Shown: positions 1 through 12,956 of the stretch, one piece after another | Layout of the letters: every line of letters starts with the position of its first letter | How positions within the stretch are numbered: the first letter of the stretch is position 1 | Assembly: GCF_004010195.1 (NCBI RefSeq) | Contig: NC_057753.1 | Coordinates: 3,441,514-3,505,513, forward strand | Reading direction: 5' to 3' | Length of the DNA: 64,000 nt | DNA from: Chiloscyllium plagiosum | Taxonomy: Eukaryota | Made by a program: the position numbers and the translations under genes | The notes under the pieces: generated by a model | Seen by the model: the letters and a program-made list of their open reading frames with translations, nothing else | The model's database searches: none | What the model was told of the DNA's origin: nothing

Positions 1-1159
1 TGAATTTAGTCCAATTTTATTTCAATAAATTCATGTAATTCTTTTCACTGTTGGAAAAGCAGACATGAAACCTTCGAATATTACATTGGAAATAAAGTGG
101 AAACATGCAACCCTCCAACTTCACAGAATTCACTCTGGGATTGATTCGATGACCGAGCTGTTCATGTGAGAATGACCTCTCATTTGTGGTGTCGATGGAA
201 AGCATAGAAACTGGCTGGTGATGAGAAGTTTTTTCGGGGAAAGACCTTCCTGCAGTGCAGCACTTCATCAGTGGTTCATTGCACCGTCAGGGTAAATAAC
301 GACTCATTTCTCATTTGCATTTTAAAAATTAAACCTTGCAAATGCAATACCAGAAATGCCAAAAAGTGTAGAGATTCATTCCATTTTAGAAGAACAACAA
401 AACTAGAAACAGTTTAAGCTCATATCGAAAGTCGGTATTAGCTGGAAACCCCACATCAGCAATCATCACATTAGAACAATCAGAAACAGTTAATGTAGAG
501 TGAACGTGCAGCGTTGAAACTGCGAGCACTAGCGACTGAAAACAAAAACAAATGCGCTCTGTGCATTAGTGGCAAATCCCCATCTTCGGTTAAAGGAGAA
601 ATACAATGTTGTTATATATCTTTGAACATTTCGAATTCTAATTATTCCCCTTCTTTGAAATTAGTCATTAAATGCAGATGGAAATTGGTCAACAGTTCAA
701 ACTACTGAAGCAATAATGCATTCATGCAGATTTTCCCTTTCATTCAAAGAAAATTGCACGATCAATCCAAATATATGATGGGATATTTGTGGAAATAAAC
801 TTCGCAAAGAAAAATTAAAATGTGATGATAAAGAGAAAATTGTCTAAATAATGCTGCGATGGATCTACTGTTACAGGATAATAACTGCTTAGTGATTTAC
901 CAAGTAACATGTTGCCAATAATGCAGCTGAATTGGATCGACTTTACAACTTATTTCTTCTATTAAAGCGTTGACACATCAGAAATGTATTACAACATGTA
1001 TCCGCCTTCACGGAGCACATCACAACGTTGAAGCCAACTGTTATGGCATATTGAATTGGAGAAACAATATTTATTGCTACCGGCCTCGTGATACTGGTGA
1101 AACTGGAGAACTGACGCAGCTAAACAGTATCTCTATGTGAGGAACTCTCAACATTTTAC

Positions 1160-1229
1160 CTGGAAGACCAATATCTGCAAGGACTGGATAATAAATGGCA
1201 AAGACCAAACCTCTTGGTATCTCATGCAT
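1160..1229 (-). CDS. Exon 1 of GPR139-like class A GPCR (gene A); exon 2 lies outside the window to the left
   Basis: 70 nt encoding MHEIPRGLVFAIYYPVLADIGLP+G, ending at a phase-1 donor CCAG|GTAAAA. Same length, phase and IYY..L..IG.P motif as exon 1 of genes B and D. No matching exon 2 seen in 1-1159. Confidence 0.85.
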
Positions 1230-1280
1230 TTCTGACAGATGTTCTGAGCACCGTCCATGAATCATCGAAACATGACTACA

Positions 1281-1327
1281 TTTATACATGGTTGCATATG
1301 CATTTCAGACTTCAGGGAGTTAATTAG
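1281..1327 (-). promoter_or_regulatory. Gene A proximal promoter: TATA box plus homeodomain/EBF-like composite
   Basis: TATAAA at 1286-1281 and CTAATTAACTCCCTGAAG at 1327-1310. Same arrangement upstream of genes B and D. Confidence 0.65.
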
Positions 1328-2244
1328 TTCGACTTGCTTTTTCCATCATGACTTTAATTGCAAGAAGCAGATTAGTACTGTTTCTGATTGTTGCACTTTT
1401 AATTGGAATGGATATTTGGGGCCTCAAATTGATCTAAAGTGACATGCACAGCGATTACATGAGGATCAAGGTATTATTTCGTCATAAAAATCATTGTTAC
1501 CTGAATATTGGCTTCAGAACATATTAGTGGCTTTCTCTGGAAACTTTAATGAGATAAACGAATATTTCAACGAAAGCACAGTCAAGTTCTACCATTATTA
1601 TTATATCCTTTCGATCATGATTCAGGTGCAACATGAGTCCAGTCAAGACTGATGCAGTAAAACATCTGTCTTTCCGGATGGATTTGCAGATGCGTTTAAG
1701 ATGCCTTCACCTTGACTGGTTTCATTGTGCATTATTGTAATTTCACCGCAATTACATTTCGTACAGGGAGATTCAGGTTCAGTACTGTGTGTGTTCATCA
1801 ATGTGTTACGATATGGTTCATCATGTTTAAGTTCAGCACGAACGGTTCCAGTCCACCAACATGAAAATCCATGTGGATTTTAATAGATCAGAGCAGTTAT
1901 ATCCATTTAGGACACCAGTTGATTAAATCTACATTAAGACTTCATATGAACACTTCTGTTTAACGTATTCACGTGAAGTATGATTTACTACAAGTCAGCC
2001 ACTTTCCATTCAGTGTTGCCACATCTATTACAATGTAATTGCATTGGTCCGACACGGGGCCAGCGTTCCACAGATATATTGCGTTGTCAAGATTTTACGC
2101 AGCATTTCTGATTTCAACACACGAAGTCCAGCTCAACACGAATGGTACGAAAATGTACAGGTGAACATTTGTGAGGTTTTAAGGTGCATTTTAACAGATG
2201 GATGAGTAGGCAGGGAACAGTGGATATGGACGACATGAAGGCTT

Positions 2245-4490
2245 ACATTGCAACACGAACCCAAGCCACTGATTATTTAGATGTGCATTGTACATGTCAA
2301 TTATCGAGCTGGTTCACAGCCAGCTCCTAGATTGAACAGGAGCCCTGACATTCCTGTTTATTTGTCAGCTGGGGCTCCCTGAGTGGACCAACTTAACAGC
2401 CCCAATCCTATGACCTGACCGCCTCGTTCCAATCACTACATGAATATCCTCTTGAAATCCTGAGACGTATGACCATTCTGTTTCCTGCAACCCTCCTGAC
2501 ATTTTTGCACCAGGTCCAGTTCCTTCGATTCCGCCTTGAATACTGACGGTCTGAACGAGACTGTCGCCCAACACCTATGCCAGGAATGACTCAGAACAGA
2601 TTCAACTCATTCAGGCAGTAACAACGTTGAGTCTGTAACATCTGTCGTGTCCATCTCTTCCTCAAATGTTTCTACAGTGCTATGCTGAGAACCCATGGAT
2701 TCTGACAGCCTTGTTGGACTTGCGCAGAAACTCGGTATGCTTTGCTCTTTTCCGATTTGCGAGTTCACCGCCTGCATGTCGTCCATATACATCTTCAGAA
2801 CAGTCTCTCCTAGCTCTCCTTGATCTGTTTGGTGGCGAGTGAGGCTGTAGGTTGTTTCTTTGAGCATCCCATCAAAGTTGGGACTGCTCTCTCCACCAGA
2901 CCATGGGATGATGGATGGCATGGAAATGTCTTTCGAATTCAGGAAATGATTGAATATCCTGCTGGTAAACGATTACCCCTGTCTGTGGCAGTAATTCTGA
3001 GTATTCCAAAGCATTGCTCGCAGATTTTCAAATGTTGTCTCCGTGTTTGATGACTGAACTCTTTACAATTCCAAACACTTCGAGTGGACATCCATAATTA
3101 CTGAGCATACAGACTTCATGACCAGACCTGAGTGCACCCGAGTCCAGGGCTTACTGAAAATTCTCGCGCATGTCTGGGAGGTGCTGTCAGTAACCTTTGT
3201 TCCTCTTGAAAATTTGGGCACTGCCCCACTAATGTAGATATTTCTGCAACCAATGCTAGCCACCAATATCATCATTTTAGTAACCTCTTGATAACTCAGT
3301 ATCTGGTGGTGAACTTTACTCGAGACAATTGCTCTTGCTCCCCACAATGATGTGACAACTTTTACGGTGATCTGATAAGGTTCAGGAGAGTTTCAATTCT
3401 GATTGAGATTCCCCCCATCTTCACCAGCTGGTTTAGCTTTGCTAGGATGGGATCATTTTGTGTCCCTAGTCTGATACTCTTCGTGGTCACGAGAACATTG
3501 GCCCGAAAGGTTAAAACCAGAACAGATTCCATTCGTAGCAGCAGCACTAGTGGTTGAGTATCTGCCAGTGTGAGGTGGCTCAGTTCATCTCCATATGTCC
3601 TTAGCCTCCTGGTTGGTGTTCCAATCTGCAATTTTGCTGTATCAGAATAAGAGCCTATTGCAGAAATCGACCTGATGCTACGGGCAGCAAAGCCCTGTCC
3701 TCTATGAGTCGTCCCAGCAGGAGCTGTGTTCCCTTACTATTGCAAAATATACATCCATAAAGGTACTGCTGAAATCTTCTTGCAGCAAAGATGACTGGCA
3801 TACCTTCCTCCTCTATCTGTGTGTATTTTCATTTGGCATCAGCCAAAGTCCGGGAAGCATATGCAATCCGGCTTTCCTCTTCTCTCGGCCACCAGTGAGC
3901 TAATGCAATCCTGATACTGTATGGGGAGGCGTCGCATGTAAGCATCTCACTTCACTTGGGGTGTATAGTGCCGACGCTGGCTGCTTCTTCACTTCCCCGA
4001 AAGTTACGTCCTGTGTCGGAGACCATTTCCAAGGCTGATCGTTGTCAATCGCAGGTGTTAGGTTGCCAGGATGGAGGGCAATTTATATGGATTTTTTTCT
4101 GTAATAATTCACTAATTCAGGAATGGTCCGAAACGTCTCGAGATGTGGAAGTCAGGGCACATGTGATTGCCCTCACTTAATCTTCCAACCTATTGTGTCC
4201 TGATTCTGATGATTCTGTAGTCCAAGTAAGTCACATGTGGTGCATAGAACATGTTTTTTCCTTCGAAGGTGTTCACTTTCTTGAGAAAAACATTTGGGCA
4301 TTTAACCAACTGCAAAATGTGGTTTAGCATTTGTTTGAAATCCCCACAAATGTGACCCGAGATATCAGGCATCAAAATTGGTGTAAACGGTGATGTCCAT
4401 TCTGCAACGTGTAATTGTGTTGTGTTTCCTTCACTTTCCAGCCTCCGCATGTCTGTGTCTGCTTTTGCATTTAAGGCAAATGCCACTGAA
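2245..4490 (-). mobile_element. Degenerate Ty3/Gypsy LTR retrotransposon (pol remnants plus probable 3' LTR about 2245-2440)
   Basis: Minus-strand fragments resemble RT (ICGDFKQ, HVTYLDY), the RNaseH-integrase linker (TQNDPILAKL) and integrase (KPWTRVH). LTR-like start TGTAGTG at 2440. Boundaries approximate. Confidence 0.7.
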
Positions 4491-4504
4491 CAGGCCTGAC
4501 TAAT

Positions 4505-5420
4505 TTAGAACAGAGAACCTAGAACAGTAATGCACAGTATAGGGTCTTTACCCCTCGACGTTGGGCCGACATTTTTTCCCATTCGAAAATCAAACGAACC
4601 CTTCATTTTGCTATCATCTATGTGCCTATCCAAGAATCGCTTACATGTCGCTTGTGTAATCGAATCTACTATCACTATTGACAGTACCATCCACGCACCC
4701 ACCATTCTCTGTGTAAAGAACATACATCTGACATCTCCACTAATCCTTCCTCTAATCGCATTAAAATTACGCACTCTCGCAATAGCCATTTCTGCCTTGG
4801 GAAATAGATCCCTTTTTATGCGCTCTATATATGCCTCGCATAGCCACGTACACCTCTATCAAGTCACCTCTCAGGCTTCTTCGCTTCAATGAGAAAAGCC
4901 ATTGCTCCTTCAACCTTTCTTCATGAAACATGCTCTCCAGTCCAGGCAATATTCTGGCGATTCACCTTTGCACACTCTCTAAAGCTTGCACGGTCTTTCT
5001 ATAATGAGGCGACAAGAACTGAACACTACATTCCAAGTGCAGTCTAAACAGGGCTTTACAGAGCTGCAGCATAACCTCATGGCTCTGAAATTCTATCCCC
5101 TAGCGAATGAAAGCGAACACACCATATTGCATCTTAGCAAATCTATCAAAGTGTTGAGAAGTTTGAAGGATTTATGTATGAAGAGCACAAGATCCCTCTG
5201 TTCCTACACAGTGCCAAACATTCCGCCAGTAACTCTGTAATATGCATTCAAATTCGAACTTCCAAAAATAAATCACTTCACACTTTTCCAGGTTGACCTC
5301 CATCTCCCCTTATCAACCCAACTATGTATCATGTCAATGTCCCGTTGCAACCTACGACAACCCTCCAGACTGTTCACAACTCCACCAAACTTCGTGTCAT
5401 CAGCAAACTTTCTAAACCCG
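4505..5420 (-). mobile_element. CR1 LINE 3' fragment
   Basis: CR1 ORF2 C-terminal motifs (LFSLKRRSLRGDLIEVY; FFTQRMVGAW) and a TAGAAC-type tail repeat at the left end. Confidence 0.85.
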
Positions 5421-5569
5421 TCACCATGCAAGGTGGCCTTATCCCCTCTCATAGACCTTCAACATTTATGAAAAACTTCTGAATATTTAAACAGAACTTC
5501 ACGTTGGCAGCCTTTCCTAAGTGAAAAATGTTGAAGTTAAGTCTGTCTCATATAATGTTGTCACATCAA

Positions 5570-5730
5570 GTCTTTTACTGGTGTTAACTAAGTGCCAGAG
5601 GTGGTAACTGAACCAACTGCTTCTCATAAGAAACCAGAACCGAAGTTGTATCCCCAATCTTTAAAATTACCTGGTATAAATCATTGGTCGAGGCAAAATA
5701 TTGCACAAATGCACGGTTTTGAATCCAAAA
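5570..5730 (-). mobile_element. Gypsy protease-region fragment
   Basis: VSYEKQLVQLPPL; clear nucleotide similarity to 41660-41770 in the second Gypsy fragment. Confidence 0.55.
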
Positions 5731-5869
5731 CAAATATCGATGCAGGTTTGCTCGCTGAGCTGGAAAGTTCGTTTTTAGGCGTTTCGTCACCATACTAGGT
5801 AACATCTTCAGTGAGTGTCCGAATGAAGCATTGGTGCTGAAGACCATTTTCTATTTAAATTGTTTAGTT

Positions 5870-6600
5870 TCCTTTAGTTGGTGATTTTATTTCCTATGGT
5901 GATGTCATTTCCTGTTATTTTTCTCAGGAGGTGGTAAACGGGATCCAAGTCAATGTGTTTGCTGACAGAGTTCAGGTTGGAATACCACGCTTCTCGGAAT
6001 TCTTGTGTGTCTCTCTGTTTGGTTTGTCTGAAGATGGATGTGTTGTCCCAGTCAAAGTGGTGTCCTTTCTCATCTGTATGTAGGTATATGAGTGAGAGTA
6101 GGTCATGTAATTTTGTGGCTAGTTGAAATTCATGTATCCTGATGGTTAGTTTTCTGCCTGTTTGTCGAATGTATTGCTTGTTATAGTTCTTGTAGATGAT
6201 ATTAATTTTGTTTGTTATCTGTATAGGGTCTTTCAAGTTCATTCAGTGCTATTTTAGTGTGTTGGTGAATTTGTGGCGTCCCATGATGCCAAAGGGTCTG
6301 AGTAGTCTGGCAGTCATTTCCGAGATGTCTTTGATGTGTGAGAGAGTGGCTTGGGTTACTGGACGTGTTTTGTCTGCTTGTTTGGGTTTGTTGCTCAGAA
6401 ATCAGCAGACTGTGTTCATTGGGTCCCCTTTCTTTTTGAATACACGGTAGCGGTGATTTTCCTCTGCTCTGCGTTGTTCCTCTGTGCTGCAGTGTGTGGT
6501 GGTTCGTTGAAATAATTTTCTAATGCAGCTTCGTTTGTGGAGTTTGGAATGATTGCTTCTGCAGATCATTGTTTGGTCCGTATGTGTTGCTATCAGGCAT
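5870..6600 (-). mobile_element. Penelope-like element fragment (GIY-YIG endonuclease region)
   Basis: NIIYK...YIRQTGRKLTIRIHE...HHFDWDNT...EFREAWYS; typical PLE Uri domain, degenerate. Confidence 0.85.
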
Positions 6601-6619
6601 ACCTGAAAATGAGGTATCA

Positions 6620-8530
6620 ACCTGGTGAAGGTACAAAACAGGACTACTTGCATGCCAAACGGCAAAAACAGTAACTGATAGAGCTAAGCAACCTCATAAC
6701 CAGCGGATCAGATCTAAGATCTGCATTCCTTCCGCATCCTTTCGTGAAAGTTGGTGGACAATTCAACTACTCCCTGGCGGAGAAGGCTCCACAAATATCC
6801 CCATCCTAAATGATGGATGGGCCCAGCACATCAGTAGAAAACATAAGAATGCTGATGCATTCCCAACAATCGACAGTCAGAAGTACCCGAGTGGATGATC
6901 CATCTCGGGCTTTTCCAGTGGTTCCCAGTACCACAGATATCGGTTTCCACCAATTCGATTCACTCCACGTGTTATCAAGAAAGGGCTGCAAGCACTGGGT
7001 ACTGCAAAGGCAACGGACCCTGATAACATTCCGGCAATATTACTGAAGACGTGTGCTCCACTACTTGCTGCTCCCTGAGCGAAGCTTTTCCAATACAGTA
7101 ACAACACTGGCATCTACCCGACAATGTGGAAAATTGCCCAGTTATGACTTGTCCACAAAAAGCTGGACAAATCCATTCCAGCCAATTCCTGCAGAATTAG
7201 TCTACTCTCCATCATCAGTAAAGTGACTGAAGGTGTCTTCAACATTGCTATCAAGCAGCACCTGCTCAGTAACGACCTGCTCAGTGACACCCAGTTTGGG
7301 TTTCGCCAGGGTCACTCATCTCCTGATCTCATTACAACCTTGTTTCAAACTTGAGCAAAAGAGTTGAATTCCAGAGGTGAGGAGAGAGTGACAGCCCTTG
7401 ACTTCAAGGCCACATTTGACTGAATATCGCATCAAGGAGTCCTGATAAAACAGGAACAAATGGGTTTCTGTGGCACAGATTCCACTCATTAGAGTCATAC
7501 TTGGCACAAAGGAAGATGGTTGAGGTGGTGGAGCGTCAGTCATCTCGGCTCCAGGACATCTTTGCAGGACACCCTCAGGGTAGTGTCCTCGGCCCAACAC
7601 TCTTCAATTGCGTCATCAATGCCCTTCCCTCTGTCAGAAGTTGGAATGTTCACCGATGATTACAGTGTTCAGTGCCATTCCCCACTACTCAAAGACTGAA
7701 GCAGTTCATGCTCAACTGCAACAAGACCTAGACAATACCCAGGCTTGAGCGAACAAGTGGCAGGTAACATTTACGCCATAAAAATGCCAGACAATGACCT
7801 TCACCAATAACCACCGTCCCTTGAAGCTCAACGGTATTACCATCACTGAATTCCGCACCTTCAACATCCTTGGGGTTACCATTGATCAGAAACTCAACTG
7901 GACTCACCAGATTAATACAGTGGATACAGAAGCAGGTCAGAGACTCGGGATACTGAGGCGAATAACCCACCTCCTAACATCCCACAGTCTAACTACCGTC
8001 TACAAGGCACAAGGCAGGAGTGCGATGGAATACACCCCACTTTCCTGAATTGGTGCATCTCCAACAATACTCATAAAGCGTGACACCATCCAGGGCAAAG
8101 CAACCTTCTTGATTGATACCACATCTGCAAACATTCATTGCCTCCACCACTGGCGCTCAATAGCAACAATGTGTACTATCTACAAGATGCACTGCAGACA
8201 TTTACCAAAAGTCTTTCGACAGAACCTTCCAAACACACGACTACCTCCAGAGAGAAGGACAAGGGTAGCACGTTCTTGGGAACACCACCACCTGCAAGTT
8301 TCCTCTAAGCCATTTATCACACTGACTTGGAAATGTATCAACGTTCCTTCACAGTCGTTGGGTCAGGATCCTGGAATTCCCATCCTCCCAACATTGTGGG
8401 TCAATCCACAGCAAGGGAACTGCAGCGATTCAAGAAGGCAGCTCAACACCATCTTCGCAAGGGCAGATGGGAATGGGCTATCAATGCTGGCCAGCCAGCG
8501 ACGCCCAAGTTTCACAAATGAATAAAAAAA
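6620..8530 (+). mobile_element. Degenerate CR1/L2-group LINE (RT and 3' end)
   Basis: RT C-terminal motifs (ILGVTIDQKLNWTHQIN...AGQRLGILRR; YKAQGRSAMEY) ending ATGAATAAAAAAA. Confidence 0.75.
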
Positions 8531-8539
8531 GCACCGTGT

Positions 8540-9424
8540 TGCTTTTTTATATATGTATACAAAGTGTTGGGATTCTCTTCGTTCTGTTTGCTCATGTCTT
8601 TTCATGGGCCTTTTCAGCCCTTCTAGTTCCTTCTGTACAGTCTTCCCACTTTCCTTACATAACTCAAGGGCCTCGTCAGTTCCCATTCTCCTCGACCTTA
8701 TATATGCTTCCTTTTTTGTTTTTGACCAAGATCATAACATGCCTGGCCATCGAAGGGTCACATAACTTGTCATAAATATTCATTCTCGCAGGAACATGTT
8801 GCTCCTGAAATCATATCAACTGGCAATTGAAATACTCTCGCCTGTCCCACGTGGATTTACCCTCAAACAGATGCCGCCAATCAGCATTCTCCACTTTCGG
8901 CCTATTATCATTTTAGTGCGCCTTCCCCCAGTTTAACACCTTCATCCAAGGACTGCTTAAATCTCACGCTAATATGGTTACACCTCCTGACATTCTCCCC
9001 CGCTGAAACTTCACTCACCAGGCCGGGCTTATTTTCCAAAACCAGGTCCACTACAACCCCTTCCCTGCTTGGACTGTTTACATATTGTGTCAAGAAACTC
9101 CACTGAATATTCCTCGTAAGGTCTGACCCATCCAAGCCCCTCGAACTGAGTGAGTCCCAGTCAATATAGGGGAAGTAAAAATCATCCACACAACAAACAT
9201 GCTGTTTTTGCGGCTTTCCAAAATCTATCTACGTAGTCTCTCCTCTATTTTCCACTGACTGTTGGGCGGCCCAGAATTATGATTCACTTTTCCTGTTGCT
9301 GAGTTCTACCCGTTTTGTCTCGCTACACGAGTCCTCTGATATATCCTCCCTCAGTGCAGTCTTAAGGTTATCCATTACAAGTAATGCAACTTCTCCACTG
9401 CTTTCAGAAGTCTTCATTCACATT
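8540..9424 (-). mobile_element. CR1 fragment (endonuclease region), paralogous to 54760-55660
   Basis: DFYFPYIDWDS...FLTQYVNSPSREGVVVDLVL; colinear with the CR1 downstream of gene D. Confidence 0.8.
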
Positions 9425-10247
9425 TGTTATGAAGTGAAAGCCTGTAATGTGCCTTTAAAAGAGAGTGGCTGATGTTCTGAACTGACAAAGAACAATCACC
9501 TGTGTGCATGACTAAATGGCAGTCCCAAAGTGCAGTAGAAAATTGAAAATATATAACATTTGGCTATGAAATTGATATCCGAGTTTTGCTTGCTGATTTA
9601 ACCAGTCTTTTTAAATTGTGCCCAGAATATGTAAACCCAATCGAGTTTGAATTTATTGTTTTGCCACTATCGAACCAATGAGACGATCCAATGTTGTGCG
9701 GGTATAAAACGTGCTCTCTTGGAAAATTGCTTAGAGAGCAACTGCCATCGAATCAGAAATGCACGGGGTGAAGGCCAACCAACATCTTGCTCTCCAAGAA
9801 ATTCGGAAATACTCTCTACCTAAGTTACATCTTCATATGAAACCCTGTATCAAAGGTACCATTTTATATGAAGCATGCTCGCAATAAAAAAGTAAGAAGA
9901 TGATCCAGAGAGACCTTCAGCTGGAAGAAGAAAGACACAGAAGACAACAGCAGATGTGCGGATTTGAAAGTAAGCTGATTTACTTTTAATAGTGTCATAT
10001 TTGAACAGCAAATTCATATAGAGTTGGAGGCAGATAAGAAACAGTTAAGATAAAGGGAGTCTTAGATTTGTGAACGGTAGTCGTTCAATGTTCAGTTTTA
10101 GAGATAAAGATAAATTAATGTTATTTTCTTTAAATAGTGGAATCTGGAAGTCCTCTGTGACTCATATTTTAACACATTATGAGGTGAGGCGAACTCTTCT
10201 CGGTGATTGGTTTAATTAAGGGAGAGATTCACCTCAGTGTCGTAACA
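9425..10247 (+). mobile_element. Solo LTR
   Basis: TGTTATGA...TCGTAACA termini (8-bp imperfect inverted repeat); internal TATAAAA (about 9704) and AATAAA (about 9883); absent from the paralogous site near 55660. Confidence 0.75.
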
Positions 10248-12631
10248 AATCTGAAACAACTGTCGACTCATCCGGATTGGACATGAAGCCAGTGACCTGA
10301 ATAAATTTTATCCTGAACGTTGCTGTAAAAATGTTGATCTAAGCCGACGTTTGTATTCAACTGTAATTGCCACACTGAATACAATTGTCCTACAGCAAAT
10401 TGACAGTCTCAGAATAGTATGGAATCATGTTGCCTGTGAGCCGTGATCATATGGATGATCAATGCTGAAAGCTTGCCAAGGTTGGCTGCAGTTGCCTTTC
10501 AGCCCAGTACATCGCTTAAGAAATGTACGATGTGCCATATAGTAATCATGCCTGATATCGCAAACGAGATCTGCAAACCAGATCATTAAAAGTTAACCAG
10601 ACAAAGCAATAAGCAATTGGGGAATAATGAAAAAGTACGTGACTACAGTCTTTTTTTGCAAGACGATGGCCTTACAGTGACAACAGACTGTTTTGCAACA
10701 ATACATGGAATTATATTTGATTGCCAAGCACAATGAAATGGCTGGAGCTTGATTAACCTTCAGTCTGGATTTGTGACTTCTGCCATGGAACTTAATGTCG
10801 AGCTGCTCACCGTCATAACGGGATCCCCAAATAACAATACGATATGAGATTTATTTGTTTGAATATATCTAATTACTTTTAGCGAAGCACTTAGGAAAGC
10901 TAATGAGTAATGAAAATCGAGCAATTGAAATCATTATGTTTGCATTACACCAGAGCACATTTTGATCAAACACTCTTTGAAGTCGAAGAGGTACATTTGG
11001 CGCTGTGAACAAGGTCGAAGAAACACCTTCAAGAAGAAGACAAATGTTTGGCTTGAGGAAGTATTCGGTATCCCTATACGGTTTCAGGATTGTAATGTAT
11101 TGGTTAAATGAGTTAGAGCGCTGCAATTTTGGGATACGGATTTGGAGCTTATTCCAAAAGGACTATGTAAAGGTTTGTCAGGAGGGAGCGGCCGAAAAGC
11201 AGACCAAAAGTGTCTCCCAAATGCAGTGCATTCTGTTGATCAGCGTCCACGGTGCGACTCGATCCCAGAGAGGTACCAATATCCGGGAGGGGTTGGGGAG
11301 GAATTTGCTAATGCTCTTTGCGAGGGTTTAACCTAATTCAGCAGAGTGATGGGATTCTAAAGTGTAGTTCCAGTGTTCAGGATTTTACTGGCAAGGAGGA
11401 AGGTGGTTTTAATTGTGTCTACTTCACTGCCAGGAGCATCCGGAATAAGGTGGTTGAACTTGCAGCAAGGGGATGGTATCTGGGAGTTCGATGTTGTGGC
11501 CATTTCGGAGACATGAATAGAGAAGGGACAGGATTGATTGCTGCAAGTTCTGGAATTTTGATGTTTCAGTAAGAACAGAGAAGTTGGCAGAAAAGCGGGG
11601 AGATGTGGCATTGTTAATCAAGGACAGTATTACTGTAGAAGAAACGGCATTTTAGGACTTGTCGACTGAGATAATATGGGTTGAGGTGGGTAACAGGAAA
11701 GAAGAGGTCACCATGTTGGGAGTTTGCTACATGCCTCCGACTACTTCCAGAGATGGAGAGAAAAGGATAGTGGACATGATCATCGATGGGAGAGACATTA
11801 ACAGATTAGTTTTTGTGGTGGACTTTAACTTTCCAAATATTGATTGGAATGGCTATAGTTCTAGTACTTTAATGGGTCAGTTTTCGTCCAATGTGTCTCA
11901 CAAACCTTACTGAGTTCTTTGAAATGGTGAACAGACAGGTGGATAAGGGTAAAGCGGTTGATGTCGTGTACATGGATTTCAGTAAGCCGTTTCCTTGATT
12001 GGTCCTAATCGTCCCCCACTCATTCTTTTATTTCTGATATACCTACAGAAAGCTTTCCTGTTTTCCTTGGTCCGATCTGCCAACGATTTTGCATGTCCCC
12101 TGCTGGCTCTTCTTTTCCCTCTTCTTTGGTCTTTCCTGGCTAACTTGTAACTCTCAAGAGCCTGAACTGAGCCTTCACTTCTCATCCTAACATCAGCCTT
12201 CTTCTCCCTCTTGACAAGTGATTCAATTTCTTTTGTGAATCACGGCTCCCTCTCTACCACTTCCTCCATGTCTCACAGGTGCATTATTATCAAGGAAACA
12301 CAGTAGCTGGTCCTTGAATAAGCTCCGCATTCAATTGTGCCAAGCCTCTGCAGTTCCCTGCCCCATCCTATGCATCGTATATCTTGCATAATCGCACCAT
12401 GATTGCCTTTACCCCAGAAATAACTCCTGCCCTGCGTTATATACCTATCCCTTTCCATAGATAAAATAAACATGACCGAACTGTGGTCACTATCAACAAA
12501 GTGCTCACCTTCCTCCAAATCTCACACCTGGCCAGGTTCATTACTCAGTTCCAAATTCAACATGGCCTCGACCCTTGTTGGCTTGTCTACGTAGTGTGTC
12601 AGGAAACCATTCTGCACACATTGGAAAAGTT

Positions 12632-12956
12632 TGTGCGAAGATTTGTAGCTCGGGTGCTCGTTGTTGTGGTTCTGTTCGCCGAGCTGGAAGATTTTGTTGC
12701 AAACGTTTCGTCCCCTGGCTAGGCGACATCATCAGTGCTTGGAAGCCTCCTGCAAAGCGCTTCTTTGATGTTTCCTCCGGTGTTTATAGTGGTCTGTCCC
12801 TGCCGCTTCCGGTTGTCAGTTTCAGCTGTCCGCTGTAGTGGTTGGTATATTGGCTCCAGGTCGATGTGTTTGTTGATGGAGTTTGTGGATGAATGCCATG
12901 CCTCTAGGAATTCCCTGGCTGTTCTCTGTCTGGCTTGCCCTATGATAGTAGTGTGA
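12632..12956 (-). mobile_element. Young Penelope 3' fragment (pLTR)
   Basis: TTIIGQARQRTAREFLEAWHSSTNSINKHIDLEPIYQPL; flanked by a possible target duplication ACACATTGGAAA. Confidence 0.85.
12699..12738 (-). ncRNA. Minimal type I hammerhead ribozyme motif in Penelope pLTR
   Basis: GCA-CTGATGA-T-GTC G CCT[AGCC]AGG G GAC-GAAAC-GTT-TGC: conserved core, helix II, 3-bp helix I, loopless helix III. Confidence 0.6.
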
